Part shown: one piece after another, positions 25,601 through 43,862 of the stretch | Numbering within the stretch: position 1 is the stretch's first letter | Layout of the letters: every line of letters begins with the position of its first letter | DNA from: Balanoglossus misakiensis | Taxonomy: Eukaryota; Animalia; Hemichordata | Direction: 5' to 3' | Assembly (NCBI GenBank): GCA_040954595.2 | Contig: CM082583.2 | Coordinates: forward strand, 2,985,060-3,049,059 | DNA length: 64,000 bases | The notes under the pieces: model-generated | Seen by the model: only the letters and a program-made list of their open reading frames with translations | The model's database searches: none | Told to the model about the DNA's origin: nothing | Position numbers and translations under genes: made by a program

Positions 25601-26507
25601 TTGGTCGAGAGAGGGGTAGTTTTTTTCCTTTTGCATGACAAAAGGCCTTGCTTTTCAATTAGTTCATTATAATATTATTTAACCAGCTGGTCACTCATAT
25701 AAAAGGCATTCTCACAAAAACCACGAGGAACACTTCTCGATACTGCATGGGAGGAGCACGTCACTCTGAACTGACATCACATCGCCTTGCCCTTGGGACT
25801 TTGAGGTCTGACTAACTGGCCCTACAAAAGAATTATCGCGTTGTCTGGAAAAGGACTTCTGTGAACAACGGACTTCTATGCCTTGGAGAGAAAAAATGGA
25901 GAGACTTCTTCTCGACCAGGACTGTTATGGACTCAATAATTCCTCTCAACTTCGACCAAGCAGGGTAAAAACCATTTAACTGTAAGATTTTTTTTGACAC
26001 TAGAAAATTAATTGTTTCAATTAAATATTTTGTTGTTGTACTACAAACTCCACTGTGTGCTCCCGGGTTATTTCTATCGTAATAGTGGACAGCACATTAT
26101 ATGACAATGACATGCGTTTAGTACAGCCATGTGTGCTGGAAAGTTGCTGATTACCTACATTTTGGATGGATTTTTCTATTATATATGTGATGCATTGTAG
26201 CGTATCTTTCAAGTTGTTGTACTATTTCGTAGCTTACCAAGGAGGTAGTCTATCTTGCTTGAATCAACGTTATCAAAATCTGCCTTGTTCCATACATAAT
26301 TGGCCGAAAATAATGGTTTGCTGTTGATCCACTCATCAATCAAGTCTCTTCCATCCCTTCGATCCCCGGCATAACCATACTCTGGGTCTGACTGAGCTTC
26401 TGTCATGAAATTTCGTCTTCCTCCTCCAAGAACCACCTGGGGAAATGTGTGCAGCATTTGGAAATTAGTGACTCCGAGTTTTTACCACATCTTGTCCCAG
26501 TGTGCCT

Positions 26508-26569
<62 letters not shown>

Positions 26570-26603
26570 GCTGTTTGTGGCGGTAGTGGTGGGATGGTGA
26601 TGC

Positions 26604-26686
<83 letters not shown>

Positions 26687-29429
26687 CTTTTGCGTCAACG
26701 TTACAATTTAACATTTTTTTCTTTTGTTTCTGTCTTAAATTTACTAGTTAATTCGATTGTCTTGGTTTATAAACATGGAACTTATCAGATCAATATATAA
26801 TATTAATAACGTAGTAGAAATTGAATATGCTAACAATAGATACCCGTATGTCTGTGTTTTCTACCATCTGCAAAGCGATGTCTTTGCAATTTTTGTGGAT
26901 GGGTGGTATGTCAGAATCACATTCCCAATTTCTCTCCGGTGTGTGAGCGTATGCGGCCCCGGGTGTGGCATGGGTCACGCGTGCCGTCGTCACAATACCG
27001 GTCGATTTGCCTGATAGGAGTGAATTCAAAGTTGAGCCGTTTTTAGGAAAAGTACATGATGTTGATAAATTGTGGAATACATTAATTGATGGCATTGCGG
27101 ATTAACCACATCACAAACACGGGAATGAAAGTAACATTTGCAACTCCAGGACAAAGGCCAGTTTACGACCTGAACATTAAAGATACAGGATTTAAAAAGA
27201 CGGATTCAACCCCCTTCGTAAGTTGAGGGAATGTTATCAGAAAATCACCATTTGTCTAATACCAGAAACACGGGCTAATGGAAACGATATGTATTTTTGC
27301 AGAAAAAAAGGATGAGGTTTCAATGCAAATATATGGTTACACCTTAGACTTAATTGTCGACATGGACCAAGCGTGTTACTCACCAGCAAGTTGGGCACTT
27401 TCCAGTATTGATTCAATATCGGTGCCAACACTGGCATCGCATTCACTCCTAATAGCTCCGTCGTCCTGTCCCAGTACTCCATATTTGGTTTTAGCGCCAC
27501 ATAAAAACGCGGTGGCTGTTCCAGCAGAATCGGGTACCTGGCGATCCGTGTTGTACGTCTAATGAAATCAGTTTACAGTAACAATAATTATAAATAAATT
27601 TGGCCATTTATACATTATACATCAGCTGAACGTTTGTTCGAAGGAAATGTTCAGCTGATTTTTTCATTTATTGATGTAATCTGTGAAACAATCAGCTGAA
27701 TTTTTCACAGGTTTGTGTCCCCCCCCCCCCAAAAAAAAATAGCTGAATTTTACTCAAATTATAGGCTTACAAACAAAACATTCAATGTCACCTTTATGGA
27801 CCTCTAATTATTATGCCTTCATCAATATTATTTTTTTTTCAAATAGGGAAGATATTATTTTTGGACTGTGCAATTCTGAAATTAGTTCGGAATGTATTAT
27901 AATAATTAATGGGTCGATTTTGTCCGAATGTATCGCCAGTTGAGGCTTACTATATCTTGTCTACTTCAAGATAGAGCTTCAAAAAAAATAATAATAATAC
28001 ATTTTTTCGGGTAAAGCATACCAAATGTAAACTATTATTTCAATAACGAATCAACAGCGTCAGGATATTGTGACGGACTCAACGCATCACTATCTTGGAA
28101 ATGGTCCGTTCCACAAGAAACGTTGAACCAAAATAAAAACAGACTTTACCTTAGACAAACCAACATGTGGAAATTGATCCATATTTAACACATTCTCTTC
28201 GCCAGTTTGACCTTCCAACTGACCTTGTAATATACGTGTGGATGTGACAGTGGCAATGCCCATGGCATCTCCCAAGAAAATGATGATATTATCAGCAACA
28301 TTTCTATTTAAATTTTCGAGGTCTTTAGCTTTCTGCAAACTTTCTTTGGCCTGTTGGTACCAATCCTCAGCGGCTAATATATGAAGTGAAGAGGTTTCGT
28401 CAGTGTCTAGAAATGGTGGCTAGATGATTTTAAACGATTATGACATTTTTTACACTAAAACTGGCAAGGTCTATTTTGTGATTATGTTTGACTACGGCAC
28501 GCCTCAGACTCCACATACAACAAATAACACTATCGCCACACTGTGATCAGATACAGACGGGCTTAATACTATCAGTTAGAATTACAGCTGTTCAACAATA
28601 TCAATTTCTCAACTTCATATTTTAAAGAGACCTACATCTAAATAACCTAGATATGCGTCCATAATAGCACGTTCATATTCTGATAATACGTCCGAATCAA
28701 TGACACCTACAATTCCAAAACTTACATTTTAATATGTGTTTCAATTATATACGCAACATGTCGCTAAAGACAAGTCCCTGCTTGATATCAGATTTTAACT
28801 TAACTGGATTTAAATGTTCATGTTATTCAATTTCAACTAACTTAATTTAATTTAATTCAATTTGGCATGAACGAAATACACAAAAATAAAATAATAATCT
28901 ATTTTAGAAGGGATAAAACAACTAAAAAACAAACATGTCGAATTGTGTTCCGAAAACAAATGCAACAAAAAATAAGCAATATTCTAAATTGACTAATATT
29001 GCGGACACTGGAAATGAATTGTAGACCATTTTCTGATGCGGGCATTGAACAAATTCCATCATCCTTATGAGGAATAACGACAAAAATAAATAAAAGTAAC
29101 ATATTTCGCAGACTTTTGAGGAAGAGAATAACTATAGTCTTCGTCATAAGCGATAGGTTGGCTCAGACCCTTGTTCGTCCCTTCCCTTCTGATGTTTATA
29201 AAGCAAACTGTTTTTATCACCAAACAATTATCTGCGAGTGGCTTTACGAACGGACTGATGCAAATTGCCCGTGTTGTTCTGCAAACCATATGATTTTTTT
29301 CAAGTTGTATATTTTTTATATCAGCGAAGATATAATGGAAATTATAGGGGTATACTTACGTTGACAGTGACAGGCGTCGAATGCCAAGAAAATAGAGCAA
29401 AGCAATAACGACCAAGTAAGGGGAACCAT
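22681..29429 (-). CDS. ALPL: Alkaline phosphatase (tissue-nonspecific-like), paralog 2; 9 coding exons, 513 aa
   Basis: Exons 29429-29360, 28373-28150, 27558-27384, 27010-26844, 26436-26238, 24569-24429, 24094-23903, 23670-23533, 22916-22681; all GT-AG, 1542 nt in frame. Intron positions match paralog 1 (shared exon sizes 224/175/141/192/138). Signal peptide MVPLTWSLLLCSIFLAFDACHCQ. Motifs [48 protein letters not shown]. Confidence 0.95.
23026..23309. mobile_element. TTAA-flanked non-autonomous DNA transposon (Kolobok-like); related copy at ~46925-47270
   Basis: TTAA|GGAATATGCACC...CATGCCACC|TTAA. Shares CTGTCTTGTTTTCA, GCGGCCATTTTG and TTGAGCAAAAT blocks with 47020-47270. Confidence 0.6.
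24718..25071. mobile_element. Almost fully palindromic MITE with TTAA target site and AGGGAC...GTCCCT-type ends (Kolobok-like)
   Basis: TTAA|AAGGACAAAATCTC...GAGACTTTGTCCCT|TTGA, with arms that are reverse complements along most of their length. Other copies at 21022-21252, 52914-53101 and 54355-54540. Confidence 0.85.
25561..26084 (+). mobile_element. Solo LTR (Gypsy-type, 4-bp TSD GTGG)
   Basis: TGTTACG...CGTAATA termini with GTGG at 25557-25560 and 26085-26088. Internal TATAAAAGG (~25698) and ATTAAA (~26020). Homologous to 30172-30680. Confidence 0.85.
26508..26686. repeat. Compound (GTT)n and (GAT)n microsatellite
   Basis: Direct reading; in intron 4 of AP paralog 2. Confidence 0.95.
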
Positions 29430-30171
29430 GGTGTTACGATTTCTGCAATTCTATGGCATCTAAATTATTCACATTTAAATGTATGGACAAAACTTGCCAG
29501 ACCTTATCACTGTTACCAAAGGTTATCTAGAAGCGATATCGTCCGTTCTCTGCCTCTCTGTCAGGACAGCACTTTTCGGGGTGAAGATTAAACTGAATTA
29601 ACTACACAACAATAAAGTTCCTTTGAATAAGTGATTACCTGCTAATGCTTGTGACAGTCTAGAGTCAAATCAAAGAGGGCCACATAAATATACAAGGAAT
29701 GTAGAACAGGAAGACATCAGACAAACTGAAGAAGACTGGAAGTTTAGTGAATGTGCCGAAATAAATTGGACTGATCTGAAACTGTGAGGTATCATGGTAC
29801 CAACAAAATGCAACAAAAAGGAAATGGTTGTATCTTTAGTATTTCCATGCTCTGGCATTAAAGCAAAATAGATGCCAATGTTATTGTAAATAATTGTAAA
29901 TGAACTTTGACCTACATCTTTGCAGCAGGTACAAAATACATAGTCTCAAGGACTCGAAGGACTTTGTTGCTCGTATAGAAAGTCGCAACGTTTTTCTTGG
30001 AATTTAGAAGGGACAGAGGGAATGGAAATGCGCTAGGCGTTGTCGAACGTCTTCTTTATCCTCCAAGTTCCGCTGATTGCAATAATTTTAAACAGGAACG
30101 TTTTGATGTTCAATAGATACCTCATCCATATTCAGGCATGAGTTGGACAGGCTGGATACAGAATTTGTATG

Positions 30172-30680
30172 TGTTACGACAAACCGTGTTTAGTTGCTTG
30201 GTCGAGAGAGAGGTAGTTTTTTTATTTTGCATAACAAAAGGCCCTGCCTTTTCAATTAGTTCATTAAAATATTAGTTAACCAGATGGTCACCCATATAAA
30301 AGGCATTCTCACAAAAATCGCGAGGAACACTTCTCAAAACTGCCTGGGAGGAGCACGTCACACCACATCGCCTTGGGAATTTGGAGTCTAACTAGCTGGT
30401 CCTACAAATTTATCGCGTTGTCTGGAGAAGGACTTCCATGAGCAACGGACTTCTGTGAATGACGGACTTTGTGAGCAACGGACTTCTGTGCCTTGGAGAG
30501 ACTTGAATTCGACCAGGACTATTATGGACTCAATAATTCCTCGACCAAGCAGGGTAAAAACCATAGAACATTTTTTCTGTGAGATTTTTTTGACATTAGA
30601 AAGCTAATTGTTTCAATTAAATATTTTGTTGTTGAACTACAAACTCCATTGGATGCTCCCGGGTTATTTCTACCGTAACA
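30172..30680 (+). mobile_element. Solo LTR (same family, 4-bp TSD TATG)
   Basis: TGTTACG...CGTAACA inverted termini with TATG at 30168-30171 and 30681-30684; TATAAAAGG at ~30295. Confidence 0.9.
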
Positions 30681-31149
30681 TATGTTATTCGTATCTGATT
30701 TGTGAAGATATCTAGACACGAGATAAAAATCCTTGCCTTTCTCAACAACTCTAAAGTCCCTTATTGTGAACAAAAACGGCCACAGAGTAAATATACACCT
30801 CTGTTAGCGATGTGATGGCGCCCTTCATACCATCTACCAATCGATCATCAGTGTAAGGCACCTGTTTGAATAGTACAGGCATGACAAGATCGCTTCACAT
30901 ACGTTTCCTTGAAATGCACTAAACTGCTGTACTGGGTACTGGGTATATTAGCATGATGTTTGGAGTAGGACAGCTAAGGGAGACGTCATTATTTACGGCC
31001 TTGGTGGGGGGGGGTCACTAAAAATGGAAAGCTGAAAGGGGGGGGGGGTCCCTCCAAAAATGGAGACGAAGAAAGGTGACTATTCATTTTTACGAAATGT
31101 ATCAAAGTATTACAACTGAAAGCTTTATGGCGTCATCGTGTTCGAGTAA

Positions 31150-31445
31150 AAGTTTAACATATATATTAAACAGTGGCACGCCAGCATGAGCGCTTTCCCC
31201 AAATTGGATTCTTATTGTGAATTTAAGGGTACATTTGGTCGAGAAATATTTTTCAGTTTTACAGGGAAAGAAATTTCGGAATTCCTTTGTCGCTTTCGTG
31301 TCTCTGCTCATACCTTGAGAATAGAATCAGACAGATATCTACATAATCAACGTGCTGAGAGAATTTGTCTCTATTGTAACACAAATAAAGTAGAAGATGA
31401 AGTTCATTTGGCCTGAAATGTCCATTCTGATTGTAAACGAATAAA
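31150..31445 (+). mobile_element. 3' remnant of a non-LTR retrotransposon ORF2 (C-terminal zinc-finger region)
   Basis: PKLDSYCEFK...FRVSAHTLRIESDRY...ERICLYCNTNKVEDEVH matches the LRxSAHxLxIExGRY...RxCxxC...EDExH C-terminus of RTEX-like LINE proteins; followed by AATAAA. Confidence 0.75.
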
Positions 31446-31939
31446 ATATAATTATTGTTATATTATACCAGTATATTGAATTTCGCCATAAAACGTTTTT
31501 TCAATGACCTTTTTCATTGACTGTGGGCTCGGAGAAGGGGTTGTTTTTGTTCATCATCACAGTCCTCGAGTACAAGAAAGGGGGTACTGTTACATGTGTT
31601 AATAAAAACATGGCCAAAAACGAATACAAGACCATGAATACCTACGATTGCCACAAGAGGGCTCTTTCGCCAATAGATGGCGACATCTCTGTACCGTGAC
31701 CACATCACACTTCAGTGCCTATATGACCGGTGGTTAGAGTTAATGCTTTGTGCGTATCAAACATTTACCGGTACGCTAAACACCACAACATTTTCTGTTC
31801 GTTTCAAAAGAAGAAAAAATATTTGTCCGACATTCATTAGACTATTGCAATGAGTTATGATGTACAGCATGTATGCACAGCAGTATCACAACTGAAAACT
31901 TTCCATTTAATTGAAAATTCAAACTTAAAACCCAAACAT

Positions 31940-31986
<47 letters not shown>

Positions 31987-31987
31987 A
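31940..31987. repeat. (GTT)n microsatellite
   Basis: Direct reading. Confidence 0.95.
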
Positions 31988-32864
31988 ACATATGAAACAT
32001 CGAAGTTGTTGTTGGCAGCCTAAGCAATAAAAACTTAATTACTTGGCAAATTTTACTTAATTAGTCGTCAGATTTTAGAACTTGCTTTACTTGTCTTATG
32101 TTGGCCAATAATATGAAGGAACATGATATAAACACATATCAGTGAAGAAATTCACTCGATTTTCTTGGACTAAATGCACAAAACGAATAATTAATTCTTT
32201 GTCAAAGACTGCCTACCAGTATAGGAGGTGGAAGAGCTTGACAGAAACAATCTCTGGATCTTACTTAATGTTTACATGTATATGGTGAAAAGCCTTTACT
32301 TTCATATTGAGCTATTCATCAAGTTCAACCATTTGCTTTTGGATAAGAAAATGAAGAAGGTACGCCAGCTTTAAAAAGGAAACTATGATGATGATTGACG
32401 CGGCAGATTATATTAACGATATCTAAGATTCAACCTTTTAGATTACAGCTAAAACTTATGTATAAAGTGTGACTTATAAATTATTAAAACAATATTATAT
32501 ATAATGCAATGGTATATACCGGTATATTTTAAAATAACATGGAGTCCTGTATAGGTATATCTGCTAAGTTTATTAATTCACCGTCTACGGTCTCTTACAA
32601 AACACATGCATGTTTGGGAAAAAAAAATAATTGCGCGACCTGCGCGCATATATGTCATAGTTATGAAAGTATATATAATATATATTCGTGGGACGAACAA
32701 GATATCTTACAATGTATTATAAAAATAAAGCTAGATATAAATGGTATAGCTATTCTCATCAAAACAATGTTTTCAGACCCTGCGCTTGGGTCTGGGTAAA
32801 CCACTTTAGCCGATCTCAAATGCTACGTTTATCAGTCGCAAAAGGTATAACGATCATCATGTAT

Positions 32865-39034
<6,170 letters not shown>

Positions 39035-39107
39035 GGTTGCTGTACCTGTCTACTATACGTATTAACTGATTGGAATCGAGTCTGTCCTCACTGTCCCAAC
39101 AGTGGTC

Positions 39108-39162
39108 TTTTTATATCCCGTGTACAACAGAAGTACATGGCAAATTTAGCATGAATGACTCA
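39108..39162 (-). promoter_or_regulatory. MMP core promoter: TATA box and AP-1 site
   Basis: TATAAAAA (minus strand, 39115-39108) ~75 bp upstream of the ATG; consensus TGAGTCA (39162-39156) ~40 bp upstream of the TATA box. Confidence 0.7.
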
Positions 39163-39473
39163 ATACCATTGTGAAGAACTTTATTTGGACCAACTATAGT
39201 GTACTTCTTTCGGTCGGTCTTCATTTTCCTTATAAGGCGTCAATCTCATGCACGTCACACCTGCGTGAAGGTGACCTTTTTTTTATGTACAATGCACTTT
39301 ATTGAGAATCAATCACTTATTGTAATATTATTTCACACACATTCTTTGGTTCTATTCATATTTAAATCCAATCGTCTTTTCGAGGGTACGATCGATCCTT
39401 TGTCCAAATGTAATGAGATCCCCCTCCATCGCTGTGACAACGAAGTCACTGTGTAAGGCCGACAAAAGCCATA

Positions 39474-40598
39474 AGGGACCGTTCAGTTTTTACGGCCGGG
39501 GGGGGGGGGGGCGGCAAGTTTGTGTCATCGGTTTTCAAAATCAGGCCGACCCCCCCCCTTCACCCAGGACCAAAAAATGATGACCCCCCCTTTGACAGAC
39601 CCAAAAATATGATGACCCCCCCCCCACGCCGAAAACATTTGCCGTCCTGATCCTATGTACACTGTATGCAATAAAGGGAATGAGGCTCCTCACACCTCAA
39701 TTATAAATTTCTCAAAGTAATTGAAGTATATAATAGTATATCGTTGCAATAAAGAAATCTACGAACAAATTAAAATGACAAGTAAATACAATAGTTGCTA
39801 TAATTGGTAAAGAAGGTGGCGGGGGTGGGCATAAGAAAATTTTGTAAAATACGGTGCTCAAAGTTGCATTTTAATGAACTCAAAAGCAAATTAACTCAAT
39901 GTTAGGGAGGACAAATTTTAATTGTGCCACTCCACTCAAAGTAAGCATCGGGGGTGGGGTGGGAAGAAGTCTGCCCTGGTACACTAGACAAACCAGCGAA
40001 TAAATGTAATGTGGCGAAGAATGGAGGGGGTGGGTGTAGGAGGGGGTGTCCTCTCCCCCCCCCCCCATAAGAAAATTTTGTAAAATATGTAGCGCAAAGT
40101 TGCATTTTAATGAACTCAAAAGCAAATTGAAATTATCTCAATGTTTGGGAGGACCAATTTAACTTTTTGCCACTACACTTAAAATTAGAAGATTTGGTGT
40201 CATCTTCGTCATGACATCATTTATAAAACTTCTAGTATATAGAAGATGCAGCGCGAAACTATCAGTTATGCGAAATGGTTTAAACGATTATTCTCCTTTA
40301 TGTATTTACTTTGTTAAATGTAATCATCGGTGGGGTTGGGGTGGCAAGCACTCTGCCCTGGTACACTAGACAAACCAGCACAAAATGAAATGTGGTGGAG
40401 AATGAAGGGGGTGGGTGTGGGAGGGGGTGTTTTGTAATTTTGTAAAATAAAGGGCGCGAAACTGCAATTTTGTGGACTAAACGTTTAAAAAAACCAGATG
40501 ACCCCCCCTTTTGGACTTCAAAATTTAAGTGACCCCCCCCCCCCTGGATTTTGCCGCCCCCCCCCCCCCCCCCCGGCCGTAAAAACTGAACGGTCCCT
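39474..40598. mobile_element. 1.1-kb non-autonomous DNA transposon with long TIRs and TA target site
   Basis: TA|AGGGACCGTTCAGTTTTTACGGCCGGGG...CCCCGGCCGTAAAAACTGAACGGTCCCT|TA, with internal direct repeats (e.g. GCCCTGGTACACTAGACAAACCAGC at ~39973 and ~40355). Confidence 0.9.
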
Positions 40599-43500
40599 TA
40601 TTAGAGATCTTAGAGATGACGTCAATTATGAGTCACTGTCTGGCTGGGGTCATATACATGAAGTGAACATAGGAATTGGGCCGATTATATTATACCCTAG
40701 GGTATAAGACACAAAAGGACAGAGAAGGACTGGATTCTACTCTCAGTGATGTGAAATAGTTAGCGTACGACATAGGCACCCCGATCGAAGAATAAAATAG
40801 AAACACACGTACATAAACTTTTTAACTCGACATATCCCGAAAATGCAATTTTGTCCTACTGAAACAATCTTTGACAAAGGAAATAATTTGATATTCTTTG
40901 CGCCCGTTTTCTTCGTTTAAAACTGGAGTTTTTGACGTGGGTAGCAGTCCTACTCAGTACCTGTCTCAGACATGTAAGTGTCATGGGCTTTCATTGCAGA
41001 CACGCTTTCTGAATGTGTTGTGAAAGCATTCCTTAATACCACCACCCATCCTGTTTTTCTTCTCTGAAAGTTGTAATATCTATATTTTGTTAATGTTTCT
41101 AAATTCATCATGTGCACACTTGAGTAAATATTCCGCTGTCTACAAAACGTTGAGGACTTGTTCCGCACAGGAAAAGTCAGACAATTTCGTTTTCACCAGG
41201 ATGTCGATGGATGCTTATTAATAGGTTGTAGGGGCTTGATGGTACCATGTTATCTTACAAAAAGTGTGCTGACGAACTGTCTGTTCCAGTCCAACTTCCG
41301 GTAATAATAAATAGGTCTCTACGATTGGGTGATTGTCCGTCTCCGCCTGTATCTCGTACACAGCAGGACTAGTGGGAAACTCTTAAAATGTAATTTCCAC
41401 AAATATTTTGTCCACTCTTGTAAACATTTGCATGAGTTATGGCCTTTCCTAAATAACCAAACCCCAAAGCTAGCAAATATGCAAAAATCAGCCTTGCTGG
41501 ACGTTCCATTCAAGCAGTATTACAATGCAATACATTAAATGTAATGTACCTGGGGTAATGTTAAATACTAGTATAATATAATATAATACAATAACACAAA
41601 AATCCCGCCACCTTCAGTATGAAATGCCAAAGACAAAAACGTACTACATGTACCCCCAAAATAGTATTTTCTAAGTAATACATGCTATATATAGTACATA
41701 ACCACTAGAACACATCTTGTACATGTTAATTTATTTATTCCACAGCAAACACAGAAAGCATATCTATTAGGATAGGTTGACAGGAACAGGTGCAAATCAG
41801 CTATACAAAGCCAGTTCCTCCAAAGCAATGAGAAGTAAAAGTGCCTTGCCAATATATTTGTACAATTTTGAAAATAAATACATTAAAGCCAACAGATCGA
41901 AATATGTAAATAGAATTCAGGTTATGGTTTAACAGATAAAATTGAAGACATATTTTCAGGTATCATGTTACCGTAATTACCCAATCTTTCGAAGTGAATG
42001 CAAATAGCTGTTAACTCTCTCTAGAGAAAAAATATCCAGTACTTTTTAAAAAGAACAACATTATTACAACATAGTTTAACCCACCAATGAATGTCAGCTC
42101 CAGCAAACCTTTAATTTCTAAATGTCTATCACCAACATGCACTCTTACTTTAATTAATCCATTATATTTACAACTAAATAAAAATTATTGACATTGTCTA
42201 CTATCATAAAAGCCAAAACATAGTTCATCATCCTAATACATTTACCAAATGAAAGCACAAAACATTTCATATAATCTCAGGCATAATCTCACAATTTGTC
42301 CTTTTTTCATAAATATTATTCTATCTATAAATATATATCAATCATATCTGTTCATATGTGTAGGACTTTTGACTGTGCATATGTCAATAGTAACTTTTAT
42401 AACTCACAAATATAAATAATGAAATCTTATATATTCCATGAAAGCTCACAGTATCATAGTAGAGAATGCATAGATATGCAGATGACACTTTTTGTAACAA
42501 TTCTTATTATGTCATGTTGATATGTAGAAATTCAATTTTGATATGTTAACTATGTTAGCTTGCACTGCTGCAAGATATAAATATTTGAAACGGTGAAGGT
42601 TATATTGTCAAGACAAAATCCATCCATCTCAGTAATTGATAAATGTATTTATTTATAAATTTCTTTATCATTTATAAATTTATTTAAATGAACAGTCTCC
42701 TTAAGTGGGGACTTTGATAAATTTCACTGTAACTCCTCAATATTGCACAAAAATATCAAGTAAAGACAAAATGGTGGAGAGCATAGCTGTCAATGAACGT
42801 GACAAATCATTTTGGAAATGTGGCAAATCTCACTATGCACTTTATCTATAGATGCAAATCAATCAATCCTATTATGTAATTAAATGACTCTTTCACAAAA
42901 CATTGCACAACAGTGACGTCAGCTAACCAACCTGAAATTTTCTGCCACACATGACATTTTATGTAAATTTTATGAGACTTCTGCACAGCTGTACAGTACT
43001 CCATAAATACATTTTCATCAAAGAGAAACCTGATCACTTCTGTCATGTGGTTCAATCCCGTCATCCAATAGTTTGGCTGGATTAACTGAGAAACTAGTCA
43101 AGGTAATATATGTTTCTGGTGTACGAACTCTGATAACTAAATCATGTATCTGGTAATTTATGAAAAATGCACAGTCATATACAATATACATATACAAAAT
43201 ATACTTTGCTGTCAATATATCAAAATACAATAAAATATTTCATTCTTCCACACCCTATTAGTAGAGGTCTTCATCAGCATGTAGCCGGCCAGCATTGATG
43301 TTAATGCCAATAACCTGCACATTCAGATTGCTAGCGTTGGGTTGTAGAGTGGGAATATTGGAATCTTTTCATTGAACTCTTGCAAGCAATACTTGATCTC
43401 TAATGATTCATTTCCAATTCAAACCTTTAGGATCGGTTGTACATAATTTATGACATAATGGATGAATAAATCTAATGGAGAACTTTTCAAGTACTTTAAA

Positions 43501-43862
43501 AACCAAACTTCAAAGCAATTGAATGAGCAAGTTCTCAAAAATAAATTTTTGACCCGAAATAAGAAAAAACTTGCCAATTTGCGAAAAAAAAAGTTGCCCT
43601 TTAAACTACAATGCCACCTTACATTCATTTTTCAACAATAACAACGGAAATTCTAAATGTTCTGACTGTTCATGAGTAATATTGATTGCTGTAACAGGTT
43701 TAGAATTACATTTGCAGTTGATGTCAATCATGTACAGAGCAAGAATTTCAGAAACCCTTGCTATTCTGCTAGATGGTCGCACAATAGACATATGTGCAGT
43801 GTTATGAAGTAGAATATGTCTTCAAAAGGATCAGCTGTCTTCTGATGGAATGGCTCTGATTA

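Noticed and set aside
26403-26714. Poly-I/Q/S/N/V ORFs (also 35243-35862 and 60811-61137)
   Set aside because: Translations of intronic microsatellites.
25561-30680. A single LTR retrotransposon that captured AP2 exons
   Set aside because: Each LTR has its own distinct TSD, no gag/pol lies between them, and the AP2 exon chain continues outside.
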